This document shows, one piece after another, positions 40,490-51,820 of a stretch of DNA of 64,000 nucleotides (position 1 is its first letter; each line of letters opens with the position of its first letter). The stretch is from Diplonema japonicum (lineage: Eukaryota > Protista > Euglenozoa: Diplonemea). The position numbers and the translations under genes were made by a program. The DNA lies in assembly GCA_964019335.1 (NCBI GenBank), contig OZ025762.1:62001-126000 (forward strand). The letters run 5' to 3'. Under the pieces are notes generated by a model, which searched no databases, had not been told where the DNA came from, and was given only the letters and a program-made list of their open reading frames with translations.

Positions 40490-40715
40490 GATAGTCCCTA
40501 CCGTTCATTTAGAAACTAATCGGTCACCGTTCTGCGGTCGCTGTCTGGTGCCTGTCGGAGAATCATATCTTGGTGTGTGTACCCTGGTCTTGTCGTGGAG
40601 GGGAAAGCACTCTTCCCACTCCTTTTCTGAATACGTCCGAAGGTGTATCGCATCCTTCTGCCTTTTCTGTGGACCAGTCCTGGTCGCTGAGTTGGGTGGT
40701 CAAAGCCTCGTTGTT
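40490..40715 (-). mobile_element. Decayed LINE 3' fragment, same family as 1068-2290
   Basis: CTAATCGGTCACCGTTCTGCGG..GCTGTCTGGTGCCTG is the reverse complement of ~2218-2257. The peptide DQDWSTEKA matches DQDWLTEKA. Confidence 0.75.
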
Positions 40716-41254
40716 CTCTTCCCTTAGAAAAAAAGAAAGAAAAAAAAGAAAGAAAACAAGAAAGAAAATGCAAAGTAGATAATTTATCAAACAGCACGTA
40801 CTGGCCGTAACGACCAGCTAGGTGTGATGAAATCACGACTGTTGGTGGGGAGTGCAATGGCTCGAGGCCAGTCAACATCTTGCATAATCTTGTCTCCGAT
40901 GTCACCATCTACCACCAACGTGAGGAAAGTAACTCGCTTGAGGGGAGGTGTCGTTACCCACCTTGGACTTGGGCCCACGGAGGCCCAATGTCTTGTTGCC
41001 CCTTATAGAAAAAATGAGAGAAAAACTAACCAAACAAAAAAAAAAGAAATCAGAAAGGTTTGTTCACTGCTTCATAAGCCGCCTGGCTTACGAGCAGAAT
41101 AGAAAAGGAAGGAAATCGAAGGGACTTATTTGTTTTATACATTACTTTTTTCTTTTCCTTTCCTTGTATCTTTGTGAATCAGACCAAATCATAATGCCTC
41201 AGCCAAGAGGGGGTGGTCAATACAGCAAGCAATCCAATAAAACAAGTCAATGCT

Positions 41255-43066
41255 TTACAAACAAACTGCCTGGTCATGTAAGGCATCCTGCCCGTAGGCA
41301 TGATAGGGCACCCCGTGGTTGATACTCAAAAAGTGCTCTTCGTTATCACTGTTGATATCGATAGAGGTACTCGCATCACGGCTAGTAATCGTCAAAAGCT
41401 CAATATCAACAGCAGCAGGGGCAGGAATGACAGCCTTGTATGTCACATAATTCGGGAAGAGGTGCGCAAAGGAAGTAAGCTCCTTAAACACACCTTTACG
41501 CATTTCGCTTGGGTCATCATAGACACCGATGTAGGTACTCATCATGATGTGCAGCATTACATCAACAAATAGGACGCGTGAGACGAACATCCCTGCCAGC
41601 GTCTTCATAATCATTCTCGCAATGAACAGCGGGTCTAGCAAGCTTTTCACCGCCGCCACCCCCTGTTCCCTCAGCGCTGTCAGATGGTCAGCCATGTAGA
41701 TGCCTAAAATCAGAAGCCCAAGTCCCATAATCTGCAGAATGATTGCGATGCGGGTGAGCTTTGTTATCAACACCTGAGCTGCTGCGCGTGTAGAGGCTTT
41801 GAGAAGCTGGTCAGCGTACACCAAGAATAGAGCCATGCTGGCGGTGATGAGGACAGCCGTTGCCATCACAGGAACCGTCCCCACCACCACGAGAAGAAGG
41901 GCCATGATGCACATTATAACGGGCACAGCCGAGGCCTGCAGCACGATCAGCATCCACGAGATCATGCGGACACCAGGGAACATCAGCTTCGACATCTTCA
42001 AACCGCCCTGAAGACCAAGCATCAGGCCCAGAACGCCGGGGGCGAGCGTTTTCAGTGTTTGCAGTGCACCCACAAGGAACGGGAGGTAGATGATGTACCT
42101 CAACAATAGGCCCACGAAAACTAGCACAAGCTGTGCGTCAGATGAATTCTCCGAGGAGGGGTCGACAAGCTTCAGGCCGTGCTCGATTCTGTTTGCAATA
42201 TCGTTTATGTTGCCAGTGCACGCTGTGTCGACGGTGACAGGCAGCCCGTTCGAGAGCTGTAGCTGAGAAGCACCGTGCATTGAACTTACAAGGGTAAGGC
42301 AGTACTTGCACAGACCACGAACCCGTTCATTGGGGGAGACGATGTCCATCCAGGGAACGAAGAAGTAGACGAAGGGAAGAAAGAAGACAAGGAACCAGCC
42401 GAAGGCGACAAGACGCGTGCTACGTGAGTATGAGACCCATCTCCATGCAGCTACGGAGTAAAAGGCAGTGGCGATGGTGCACTGCGCGAGCGGGACGAAC
42501 TGCAGCAACTGTGTCTTCGCCCTGTTACGCATCACAAAGGAGGTGCTTATGGTGGGGTCCTTCTCAATGTTAACATTGAAGGCTTCTTCTTGGTGCAGAT
42601 GGGCCAATGTAAGGATGAAGCCGATCACGTAAAAAAGCATCCCGGTGTTGAGCTGCGACCGCCGCCACACAAGATAAGCCTGCGAGACACGAGGCACATC
42701 TTGACCGAACGCGTCAACAGCAGCCTCCTCTTCCTCATCCTCAACATCAATCTCACTTAGGTCCGATTCACAGAGCCTCCATGGCCTGGGTACCTGTAGC
42801 TTGAGGCTTTCAACAAAGGCCATGTTGACCTTGTCGTTGCACAAGTAGACCAGCAGACCTGTACCGCAGCACAGACAAAAGCCTAGCAAGATATAAGCCA
42901 GGTACGACATCGGCTGCTTGTCTATGTACTCTACTGATTCAGGAGTTTCGAGTGACGAAGCATCACCGGGGACCTCAACAATTTCTTGCGAGGCGTTCTG
43001 CATTAAAGCGTCAGCTGCCTGTAGCACTGCTGCATGCACGAGGACCACAAGCGCACCGCGGATCAT
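41255..43066 (-). CDS. Multipass membrane protein family, copy 4 (603 aa, more divergent)
   Basis: Intact ORF with family motifs. Confidence 0.9.
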   Translation of the reverse strand: MIRGALVVLVHAAVLQAADALMQNASQEIVEVPGDASSLETPESVEYIDKQPMSYLAYILLGFCLCCGTGLLVYLCNDKVNMAFVESLKLQVPRPWRLCESDLSEIDVEDEEEEAAVDAFGQDVPRVSQAYLVWRRSQLNTGMLFYVIGFILTLAHLHQEEAFNVNIEKDPTISTSFVMRNRAKTQLLQFVPLAQCTIATAFYSVAAWRWVSYSRSTRLVAFGWFLVFFLPFVYFFVPWMDIVSPNERVRGLCKYCLTLVSSMHGASQLQLSNGLPVTVDTACTGNINDIANRIEHGLKLVDPSSENSSDAQLVLVFVGLLLRYIIYLPFLVGALQTLKTLAPGVLGLMLGLQGGLKMSKLMFPGVRMISWMLIVLQASAVPVIMCIMALLLVVVGTVPVMATAVLITASMALFLVYADQLLKASTRAAAQVLITKLTRIAIILQIMGLGLLILGIYMADHLTALREQGVAAVKSLLDPLFIARMIMKTLAGMFVSRVLFVDVMLHIMMSTYIGVYDDPSEMRKGVFKELTSFAHLFPNYVTYKAVIPAPAAVDIELLTITSRDASTSIDINSDNEEHFLSINHGVPYHAYGQDALHDQAVCL

Positions 43067-43769
43067 TTTGCCCAGACAAGGCCTGTATGGATAATATTAT
43101 TAACTTCTATTTATCAAAAAACAACACACAAAAAAAGAGACAAAAAAAACAACAAAGAACTGCAAGCTGCATCAGAATATAGTAAGCCTCCTGCCATTTG
43201 CTTCGTTCGCTGGGTACCTCAGCGCAAGTGGTTGGCGGGGGGGAACCTTTCTTTTTTTTACCATGACTGAGCCCTTGCTTATATCAATATACTCTTTTTT
43301 CATTCTTTCCTCCTTTTTAAGTTCACGAAAGCCTTTCACGGAAACAGACAAAAGGAGAAAAAAAACACTGATAGAAGCGCGCTAAAATAGCGACCGAGCA
43401 TAGTACTCCATCGAGAAAAGTTAAAGTTTTATATTTGTTGAAGATGGATAGATGCGAACTGGTAGGAAAACGGGTGAATCAGCAAGCCCCCGATATTATA
43501 GCACCTAAGCGGGGTTATCAAGGCAGCAAAAAAGGAACGGTAGGATATCCTCACTCTTTCCTTGCTCTGCATGCGCTGTGGAAAATCGCAAACGGTTCAG
43601 CCCAATGACGTTTCGTTGAGTGAAGCGAAGCAAGTATTTGACCGCCATAGCCACCCACTGTGTACTAATCAAAGAAGATCACCTCAGGAAGAAAAAAAAA
43701 AACAATAAGAGCGTAAGAAATGGCACCGATGGGCAGTTTAACTGATAACACAGACGACCCGCCAGCCCT

Positions 43770-45518
43770 TCAACAGTGGTATATCTTCTGCGGGGGTTGG
43801 TACTGAAACGATGGTGTACCATGATTGATGCTGAGGTGATTTTCATCTCTAACATCTGCCGGAATTGCCGTAAGCTCCACATCCCCACAAGTATCGTCAG
43901 GAAGGACAGCTTTGTATGACTGGTAGTTCGGGAAGAGGCACGCAAAGTGGGTGAGCTCCTCGAACACATGCTGCCGCGTCTCGCTTGCATCGTCGTAGAC
44001 ACCGATGTAGGTGCTGATGATGATGTGCAGAACCACATCCACGAACACCACCTTCGACACAAACATCCCTGCCAGCGTCCCCACAATCAGCTTCGCAATG
44101 AACAGCGGGCTCATCATGTTCTTCACCGCCGCCACCCCCTCTGCCTTCAGAGCCACCAAATGGTCAGCCATGTACACACCCATAATAAGGAAGCCAAGGC
44201 CCACTATCTGCAGAACGATAGCTATGCGAGTGATCCGTGTCATCAGTGCCTGTGCCGTTTCACGTGTCACCGCCCGAAGAAGCTGTTCAGAGTACACTAA
44301 GAACAACCCCATGCTGGCGGTGATGAGGACAGCCGTTGCCATCACAGGAACCGTCCCCACCACCACAAGAAGAAGGGCCATGATGCACATCACAATGGGA
44401 AGTGCCGAGGCCTGCAAGATGATCAACATCCACGAGGTCACACGGACACCAGGGAACATCAGCTTCGACATCTTCAAACCGCCCTGAAGACCAAGCATCA
44501 GGCCCAGAACACCAGGGGCAAGTGACTTCAATGCTTGCACAGCACCCAGAAGGAAAGGGAGGTAGACGATGTACCTCAACAGGAGACCTATGAAGGTCAT
44601 CACAAGCTGAGATGCAGACTGTGCCCCGGTGGCAACCTCAATGAGCTGAATGTCCTCTGTCACAGTGTTCGCCATGTCGTCGATGCTCGAGCTGCACACA
44701 GCGCCTACATTTACAGCCTTCCCGTCCAGTCGCATCTCAGTTCCGATGGTGGTGTAGACATCGTTGATGAGGTTGAGGCAGAATTTGCACAGGCCCTGAA
44801 CCTCCTCCTTGGGGGAGACGATGTCCATCCAGGGGACGAAGAAGTAGATGAAAGGAAGGAAGAAGACAAGGAACCAGCCAAAGGTGACGAGACGGATGCT
44901 CTGGTGGTAAGAGACCCACCTCCAGGCGGAGGCGGAGTAGAAGGCGATGGCAATGATGGTCTGTGCAAGCGGGATGAACTGCAGCAACTGCTCCTTTGCC
45001 TTCTCCCTCGTCAGATAGGCGTTGTCAACTGTTTCGTCTTCCTCCACTCGAACGTCGAAGGCGTCCTCTTCGAACAGTATGGCAATGTTGAGGGCGAGAA
45101 CTACCACGTAGAACAGCACGCTAGTGCCTAGCTGCGACCGTCGCCAAGCAAGGTAGGCCTGCGAGACCTGAGGGGCTTTCTCTCCGAGAGCACCAGTGGC
45201 AGCAGTGCTTTCAGCGGGGCCCATTGTGACCTCATTGAGGTCTGTCTTCATGAGCCTACGTGGCGCAGGAACCTGCAGCTTTAAGTTCTCTGCCACAGGG
45301 ACCCTATAGACGTAGCCGCTGAAACGGCACAAATACACCAGCACCCCTGCAGCAAGGCACAGAAACACAACCAACATGATGTACCCAAGATATGACATCA
45401 CCTCAAGATCAACGTACGGAACAGGGGACGGCGTGTAGTCATCTACCGGTTCCTGTTGCGCCTGTAGAACAAGCGCATGGATGAGGACACAGAAAGCAGT
45501 ATTTGTTCTGCGTGCCAT
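43770..45518 (-). CDS. Multipass membrane protein family, copy 5 (582 aa)
   Basis: Intact ORF with family motifs. Confidence 0.9.
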   Translation of the reverse strand: MARRTNTAFCVLIHALVLQAQQEPVDDYTPSPVPYVDLEVMSYLGYIMLVVFLCLAAGVLVYLCRFSGYVYRVPVAENLKLQVPAPRRLMKTDLNEVTMGPAESTAATGALGEKAPQVSQAYLAWRRSQLGTSVLFYVVVLALNIAILFEEDAFDVRVEEDETVDNAYLTREKAKEQLLQFIPLAQTIIAIAFYSASAWRWVSYHQSIRLVTFGWFLVFFLPFIYFFVPWMDIVSPKEEVQGLCKFCLNLINDVYTTIGTEMRLDGKAVNVGAVCSSSIDDMANTVTEDIQLIEVATGAQSASQLVMTFIGLLLRYIVYLPFLLGAVQALKSLAPGVLGLMLGLQGGLKMSKLMFPGVRVTSWMLIILQASALPIVMCIMALLLVVVGTVPVMATAVLITASMGLFLVYSEQLLRAVTRETAQALMTRITRIAIVLQIVGLGFLIMGVYMADHLVALKAEGVAAVKNMMSPLFIAKLIVGTLAGMFVSKVVFVDVVLHIIISTYIGVYDDASETRQHVFEELTHFACLFPNYQSYKAVLPDDTCGDVELTAIPADVRDENHLSINHGTPSFQYQPPQKIYHC

Positions 45519-46608
45519 TTTCTCCCTTTTTACCTTTTTTGTATTTTACCTTCGGAAAGGAACCTTTTAAAGAAAATAAAGAAGACAGCGTTCTTCCACC
45601 ATGGGTTGGCGGATGCATTGGTCCTGGATGCACCTCGTGGGAGTCGGCGGGCTTAAGAGCGGGTAGCTCCACTAGCATCACTACACTACGCAGCTTACCT
45701 ACTCTGTTTAAAAAACGTCGGGCGAAATACTGAATATTTTCCGTGTATCCGCTGTGCGGTCCAATGTGACACAGGGATGGTCTCCGTACCTTGCGATCGT
45801 TGTCCTTTGTATGAAGAGAGGGTGTGGAAGAAAGAAACAAAGAAGGGGGAGGGGGTAGAGGAAGGTTGGTTTCACCGCTGGTGTAAAAAAAAGAACAGTC
45901 GATGTCACAATGCAAAATATATCTACTGTGCTAGGGTAGTTCCCCATATCGGATATATCATACAGGCGCTCCTTCAGGTGCCGTCCTCTTCTGGCGAGAG
46001 GCACAGCAGCACCCTACACCCAGCAGCACCCTACTAGCACTGTACTGTTCCCGACCAAAGAAAAACGAAAAAGAACGAATGAGGGCTACTTAAAAAAGAA
46101 CTTTCAACGGTCCTCTGTGGCCCCCTTAGAGGCCCCCCCCCCCCCCCCCCCTTTCTTGACAGGTAACAGATGCAACGTAAACAAAAGTGAATACTGTAAA
46201 CCAAAAGGAATTCGACGACATTTCCTCAAAACCTGCGGGAATAAAAAAGCGTGAAAAAATAAAATAAAAAAAAAGAAGAGTGACCTTAGCTGCTTCATAA
46301 ACTGCCTGGCGTATGAGAAGCTTCATATCCGTTGTCTTCACTACAAGCTTTGCTGGATGCGAACTTCGGCCTTCCGGTATCGAAGAGCTTCGCGGAATGA
46401 GGCTGCTGCTGCCAGTATCCGTCCCAATCGGTACCCCCTTGGCGTCTTGTTGTCGATGATGGACTCCGCCTAGTTCGATTCTAGCTACTGACCCCTCCCC
46501 AGTAATGATGTGCTCGGTTAAAAAAAAATAACTCTTTATGACTATATGTCGTTTTGTTGTTCGCACGAGCAAAAAAGGTTTTTGGAGAAAGCTTTTTTTG
46601 TGCATATA

Positions 46609-46694
46609 CTGTAAAACAAAATCGCCGGAAGATAAAATGTCCGGACCGCCGAAACATCCGGACATTTTATCTTCCGGTGATTTTTGTTTTACAG
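46609..46694. mobile_element. 86-bp MITE with ~37-bp terminal inverted repeats and TA duplication (Tc1/mariner/pogo type)
   Basis: TA|CTGTAAAACAAAATCGCCGGAAGATAAAATGTCCGGA...TCCGGACATTTTATCTTCCGGTGATTTTTGTTTTACAG|TA. The empty site GCATATAGTTATAAAATC is present in paralogous repeats at ~57095 and ~2356-2373. Confidence 0.85.
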
Positions 46695-47555
46695 TAGTTA
46701 TAAAATCATTTTCTGAAAGATAAATATTTGAAACAAAAAAATTTAAAAAAAAAAAGTAGAAGTTGACGTATAAAAATGGTTATGCAGTATGTGACACTGC
46801 GGTCACCCTTGTGAAAGCTTCGCCCCGAAGCCTCCCAAGCCGCCTGCGGTCCCGTAGAACGTAAAAGTGGAGAGGTAAAAAAAGCTTGAATTTGAAATAC
46901 AGATGCAATTAAACACCAACTGGAGGCACAAGGCTACGAGAGGCTACTTAGCCAGACTTCCTTGTTCAATGTAATGGGATAAGGAACTCTTCGTTGAGGG
47001 CGATGCGTCGGGTGGGCTCCCCGTGTACGGACTTAAGAACGAGAGTTTCCCTTTCCCTTGTGTCTCCCTCCAAACCACAATTACCAGGAACCACAGGGAT
47101 GTTGGAACCCTAAAAAAGAAGAAAAATAAATAGAGTTAAGTTAAAGGAGGCTGGTATTGGCGGCGCCCTTAAAAAAAAGAAACTATTACGCGCAACGACC
47201 CACCACAGCCATCGCCAACGTGGCGAAAAATGGGATAAACTCGCACACTGGTGTGAGCTTCATGGGAGCTAACCGGGGGAGGGGGGGGGCATTTATCTTT
47301 CGCCCGTAAGCTGCATCCCCAGCTCGCTTTGGGAGGTGTCGCCAACACTTGGGTCGCTTCGCGGTCTGATCTGTTGCCCGATTCAAAGCGCGGTCACGTA
47401 GGGCCTGTTCTACATTTAGTATAGTCCCGCCACTGAAAGAAACAAGATAACAGGTGTTGCCCACACACCTCAGATGAAAGAGGCAGTTTGAGTGAAAGAT
47501 ATCGGAGAGAGTAGGAGCGAAGAAGATTTCTTCATCTCTTGAAAAACCAAATTTC

Positions 47556-49352
47556 TCAGTGCGCGAGAGGATCAGGATGGTTCTGAAGTAAAGGTACACC
47601 TTTGTCGTTATCGTGACTTTGCAGGTGGTGATCGGCACCCTTTGTGCTTGTTGAGAGTATACCAAGTTCTATATCCTCTCCTTCCCCCATTTCGTCAGCA
47701 TAAGGAAACGAAAGCTCGGGTTCAAGAACATCAGTGTCACGCGCAAGCATAGATTTGTAAGACTCGTATTTCGGGAAGAGGCCCACAAACGAAGTCAGCT
47801 CCTGCCGCGTCTCGCTCTTGTCTTCATAGAAACCGATGTAGGTGCTGATGATGATGTGCAGAACCACATCCACGAACACCACCTTCGACACAAACATCCC
47901 CGCAACCAGTTGTATACCCAGCTTCACCATATACAATGGGCTCAGCATGTTCTTCACTGCCGCCACCCCCTGTGCCTTCAGAGCTATCAAATGGTCAGCC
48001 ATGTACACACCCATAATAAGGAAGATAAGGCCCACTATCTGCAGAACGATAGCTATGCGAGTGATCCGTGTCATCAGTGTCTCCGCGTCATGACGTGTCA
48101 CCGCCCGCATCAGTGTTTCAGAGTACACCAAGAACAGAGCCATACTAGTGGTGATGAGGACAGCCGTTGCCATCACAGGAGCCGTCCCCACCACCACAAG
48201 AAGAAGGGCCATGATGCACATCACAATGGGAAGCATCGAGGCTTCCAAGATGATCAGCATCCACGAGGTCACACGGACACCAGGGAACATCAGCTTCGAC
48301 ATTTTCAAACCGCCCTGAAGACCAAGCATCAGGCCCAGAACACCAGGACCGAGTGACTTCACAGCTTCCATGGCACCCACGAGGAAAGGGAGGTAGATGA
48401 TGTATTGAAAGAGGAGACCCACAAGGGGCAATAGGGGCTGTGACACTGAGACCCTATCTGTGATGGTGTTGTAGAGGACCAGTTTCTCGGATACAGTTTC
48501 TGTCATTTCGTTCAATCTTTGATTGCACACAAAAGCGACATCTACGGGCCCCCCGTCTAGTCGTAGCTCAGTTCCGGTGGCACCAAAGACATCATTCATA
48601 AGGTTGAGGGTGTATTTGCACAGGCCCTGAACCTGCTCCTTGGGGGGTACGATGTCCATCCAGGGGACGAAGAAGTAGATGAAAGGGAGGAAGAAGACAA
48701 GGAGCCAGCCGAATGCAACAAGGAGGATGCTCCGTTCATACGAGACCCACCTCCAGGCGGAGGCGGAGTAGAAGGCGATGGCAATGATGGTCTGTGCAAG
48801 CGGGATGAACTGCAGCAACTGTTCCTTTGCTTTATCCTTCTTCAGAAAGGATTCGGACACAAGTTCATCCCTCGGGATGTTAACATCAAAGGCGTCCTCC
48901 TGGTATAGCATCACAAAGTTGAGGATGAGGACAATCAAATATAGAATCACGCCCATGTTGAGCTGCGACCGTCGCCAAGCAAGGTAGGCATGTGAGACAG
49001 GGGGCGCTTCACTTCCCAGGCAGGTGGTCGCGAGTTTGCCTTCCGAGTGCCCCATTGTTACCTCCGTGAGATCTGTCATCATGAGTCTACTCGGCTTTGG
49101 AACTTGTACCTTCATGTTCTCTATCAAACCCACGTCATAGGAATGCCCATGCTTCCACAAGCGTGTCAATATCCACCCGGACGTGACCAGAACAACCAAG
49201 AGGATGAAATACCCCAAAAATGACAACACCTCTGGATCAGCTTTCGGTACAGGTGTGGCTGGTTCAGAGGTATCAGGCACAAGTGTCGGTTGTGCTTGCG
49301 AGGCCAACGTGTGGATGATGAAGCACACCGCTGCGAGCTGCCTTCGTGCCAT
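47556..49352 (-). CDS. Multipass membrane protein family, copy 6 (start at MARRQL)
   Basis: The ATG at 49352 aligns with paralog signal peptides. Confidence 0.88.
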   Translation of the reverse strand: MARRQLAAVCFIIHTLASQAQPTLVPDTSEPATPVPKADPEVLSFLGYFILLVVLVTSGWILTRLWKHGHSYDVGLIENMKVQVPKPSRLMMTDLTEVTMGHSEGKLATTCLGSEAPPVSHAYLAWRRSQLNMGVILYLIVLILNFVMLYQEDAFDVNIPRDELVSESFLKKDKAKEQLLQFIPLAQTIIAIAFYSASAWRWVSYERSILLVAFGWLLVFFLPFIYFFVPWMDIVPPKEQVQGLCKYTLNLMNDVFGATGTELRLDGGPVDVAFVCNQRLNEMTETVSEKLVLYNTITDRVSVSQPLLPLVGLLFQYIIYLPFLVGAMEAVKSLGPGVLGLMLGLQGGLKMSKLMFPGVRVTSWMLIILEASMLPIVMCIMALLLVVVGTAPVMATAVLITTSMALFLVYSETLMRAVTRHDAETLMTRITRIAIVLQIVGLIFLIMGVYMADHLIALKAQGVAAVKNMLSPLYMVKLGIQLVAGMFVSKVVFVDVVLHIIISTYIGFYEDKSETRQELTSFVGLFPKYESYKSMLARDTDVLEPELSFPYADEMGEGEDIELGILSTSTKGADHHLQSHDNDKGVPLLQNHPDPLAH

Positions 49353-50383
49353 TTCGTTCCCCTTTCCAAAGAACCTGTTGTAACATGTTGTCTGAAATGC
49401 AAAAGTATCAAAGCAAAGAAGAAGAAGAAAAAAAAAAAGAAAAGACAAAAATAACTAATAGGACTTTAAACAACCTCAGACACGCGCATGCCGTCAAGTC
49501 TCGAGGAGGCTTCCTAGCATGAAAGAATGGCTGGAGCATGGGGCTGCTCGCACTGAGTACCATCTTTGCACGCACCGACCCTGCAGGTTGAGGACGGGCT
49601 CCCTCGGACTACTCTTAACGTCCGTAAGCGACTCGTATTTAAGCTCGTCCGGAAAAAAATGTCGATATTTCTTTTGGCAGTACGGAAGCTTTTTGTTTTG
49701 ATTATTTGAGCAAAAGGCCCTTAGGGATTTTAGCCAAAGATAGGATTTTACCCCACCCCATTTTAATAATGATTAAAAACAAACCCAATAAACACAAAAG
49801 AAATATGGAGTCGGCCTATTTCCGATGCCAAAAACCAAAAAGCCATTCTAAAAAGCTTGTTTTTGCACGCGCGTTTCAGAAATGAAACAAATTGCGAGCA
49901 TTGTGACCTATATGACACACAAAGATCTTCCGTTGCAAAAGGGTTATTTTCTGACATTTTCTTCCGGACAGACCCAATGATCAAATAATGAAAAAGACAG
50001 AATGGGGAGAAAGAAATGCTAGATACGGAAAAGGAACGACGTCCCTCAGATAGAGATGAACGCAAAGAGGACTGTCGCAACTCGTAACAACCTCAAAAGT
50101 AGCTACACTTGAATTGGTCTGCCAAGGAGTCCGTTCGTGAACAAACCAATATATTGAGCTGCTAGCCTAAAACGAAGGGTAGCGAGGGGGGAGGTAGAAA
50201 CAACGTGCTCATGCATGCACGTGCTACTGAGAGCACGTCATGCAACATGTATAAAGAAAAGAAAACACTCAACAAAAACAAAAAAGGAATATGAAGCACA
50301 CATGGCCTTTGGATACGAACATTCATATTAATTAAACGGGCGAAACAAAAACAATAGGAAAAACCACTTATCTAGACACATAT

Positions 50384-51820
50384 CTATGACTGCAAGGGAA
50401 CAGGCGCCCGCATACCCTTGTAGGACTGGTACCTGGGGAAAAGATCAGCATACAAAGTGAGCTTCTCGAACACATGCCGCCGCGTCTCGCTTGGGTCGTC
50501 GTAGACACCGATGTAGGTGCTGATGATGATGTGCAGAACCACATCCACGAACACCACCTTCGACACAAACATCCCTGCCAGCGTCCCCACAATCAGCTTC
50601 ACAACAAACAGCGCGCTTATCATGTTCTTAACAGCCTTTAGCAGCACCAAATGGTCAGCCACGTACACACCCAACAAAAGGAAGCCAAGGCCCAATATCT
50701 GCAGAACAAATGCAATTCTCCCGAGCTTTGCCATAATTGCCTGCGCGGCTTCCGGTGTCACCGCCCGAAGAAGCTGGTCTGAGAATATTAAGTACAGCGA
50801 CATGCTGGCGGTGATGAGGACAGCCGTTGCCATCACAGGAATCGTTCCCACCACCACAAGAAGAAGGGCCATGATGCACATCACAATGGGAAGTGCCGAG
50901 GCCTGCAAGATGATCAACATCCACGAGGTCACACGGACACCAGGGAACATCAGCTTCGACATCTTCAAACCGCCCTGAAGACCAAGCATCAGGCCCAGAA
51001 CACCAGGGGCAAGTGACTTCAGTGCTTCCAAGGCTCTCATAAGGAAGGGGAGGTAGACAATGTACCTCAACAGGAGGCCTACCAAAGTCAGAAGTAGCTG
51101 AGGCGAAGAAACAGTACCCGTCCCCAAAAGCTTGAGCTTCTTGGCAGTGCTCGCCATATCTTCAATGTCCTTGCTGCACACAGCTTCTATGTCCACAGGC
51201 TTCCCGTCAAGCTGCAGTCGTGCTTCGCCAGTGGAATAAACCTCGCTGAGGAGGTTGAGGCTGCACCTGCAAAGGTACTGGACGTTTTCCTTGGGGGAGA
51301 CGATGTCCATGGGGACGAAGAAGTAGATGAAAGGGAGGAAGAAGACAAGGAACCAACCACAGGCAACGAGGCGGATACTCTGGTCATAGGAGACCCACCT
51401 CCAGGCGGAGGCATAGTAGAAGACAATGGCGATGAAGGTCTGCAGCAACTGGGCTTTATCTGCCTGCTCCCCCAAGGAGCCCCTCTTGCTCAAGCTGACG
51501 ATGTTCACCGCAGTAACGAGCATAAAGAGGACGATGACGTAGAGCAGAACGCCAATGTTGAGCTGCGACCGCCTCCAAGCGAGGTAGGCATGCGACACAG
51601 GAGGAGCCTTGTGACCTTCGGTTAGATTCTTCACCGCTCTAAGTTCCATCTTCACTGAAAACGGGTTCAGATTGCGCACAAAGCTCAACCCAAGAAACAA
51701 AGAGAGCATCAGAATGCCGTCCCCAAGGAACGAAGATGCCTGACCCCCGACGAATGAGCCAGCTGGCTGCGCCTGCGAGGCCACGGCCTGTACAAGGAAC
51801 ACCAAGATGCCTGCTGTCAT
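50384..51820 (-). CDS. Multipass membrane protein family, copy 7, shortened and possibly decaying
   Basis: In-frame deletions relative to paralogs and no C-terminal tail. The ATG at 51820 follows a TTCTCACAG acceptor. Confidence 0.75.
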   Translation of the reverse strand: MTAGILVFLVQAVASQAQPAGSFVGGQASSFLGDGILMLSLFLGLSFVRNLNPFSVKMELRAVKNLTEGHKAPPVSHAYLAWRRSQLNIGVLLYVIVLFMLVTAVNIVSLSKRGSLGEQADKAQLLQTFIAIVFYYASAWRWVSYDQSIRLVACGWFLVFFLPFIYFFVPMDIVSPKENVQYLCRCSLNLLSEVYSTGEARLQLDGKPVDIEAVCSKDIEDMASTAKKLKLLGTGTVSSPQLLLTLVGLLLRYIVYLPFLMRALEALKSLAPGVLGLMLGLQGGLKMSKLMFPGVRVTSWMLIILQASALPIVMCIMALLLVVVGTIPVMATAVLITASMSLYLIFSDQLLRAVTPEAAQAIMAKLGRIAFVLQILGLGFLLLGVYVADHLVLLKAVKNMISALFVVKLIVGTLAGMFVSKVVFVDVVLHIIISTYIGVYDDPSETRRHVFEKLTLYADLFPRYQSYKGMRAPVPLQS

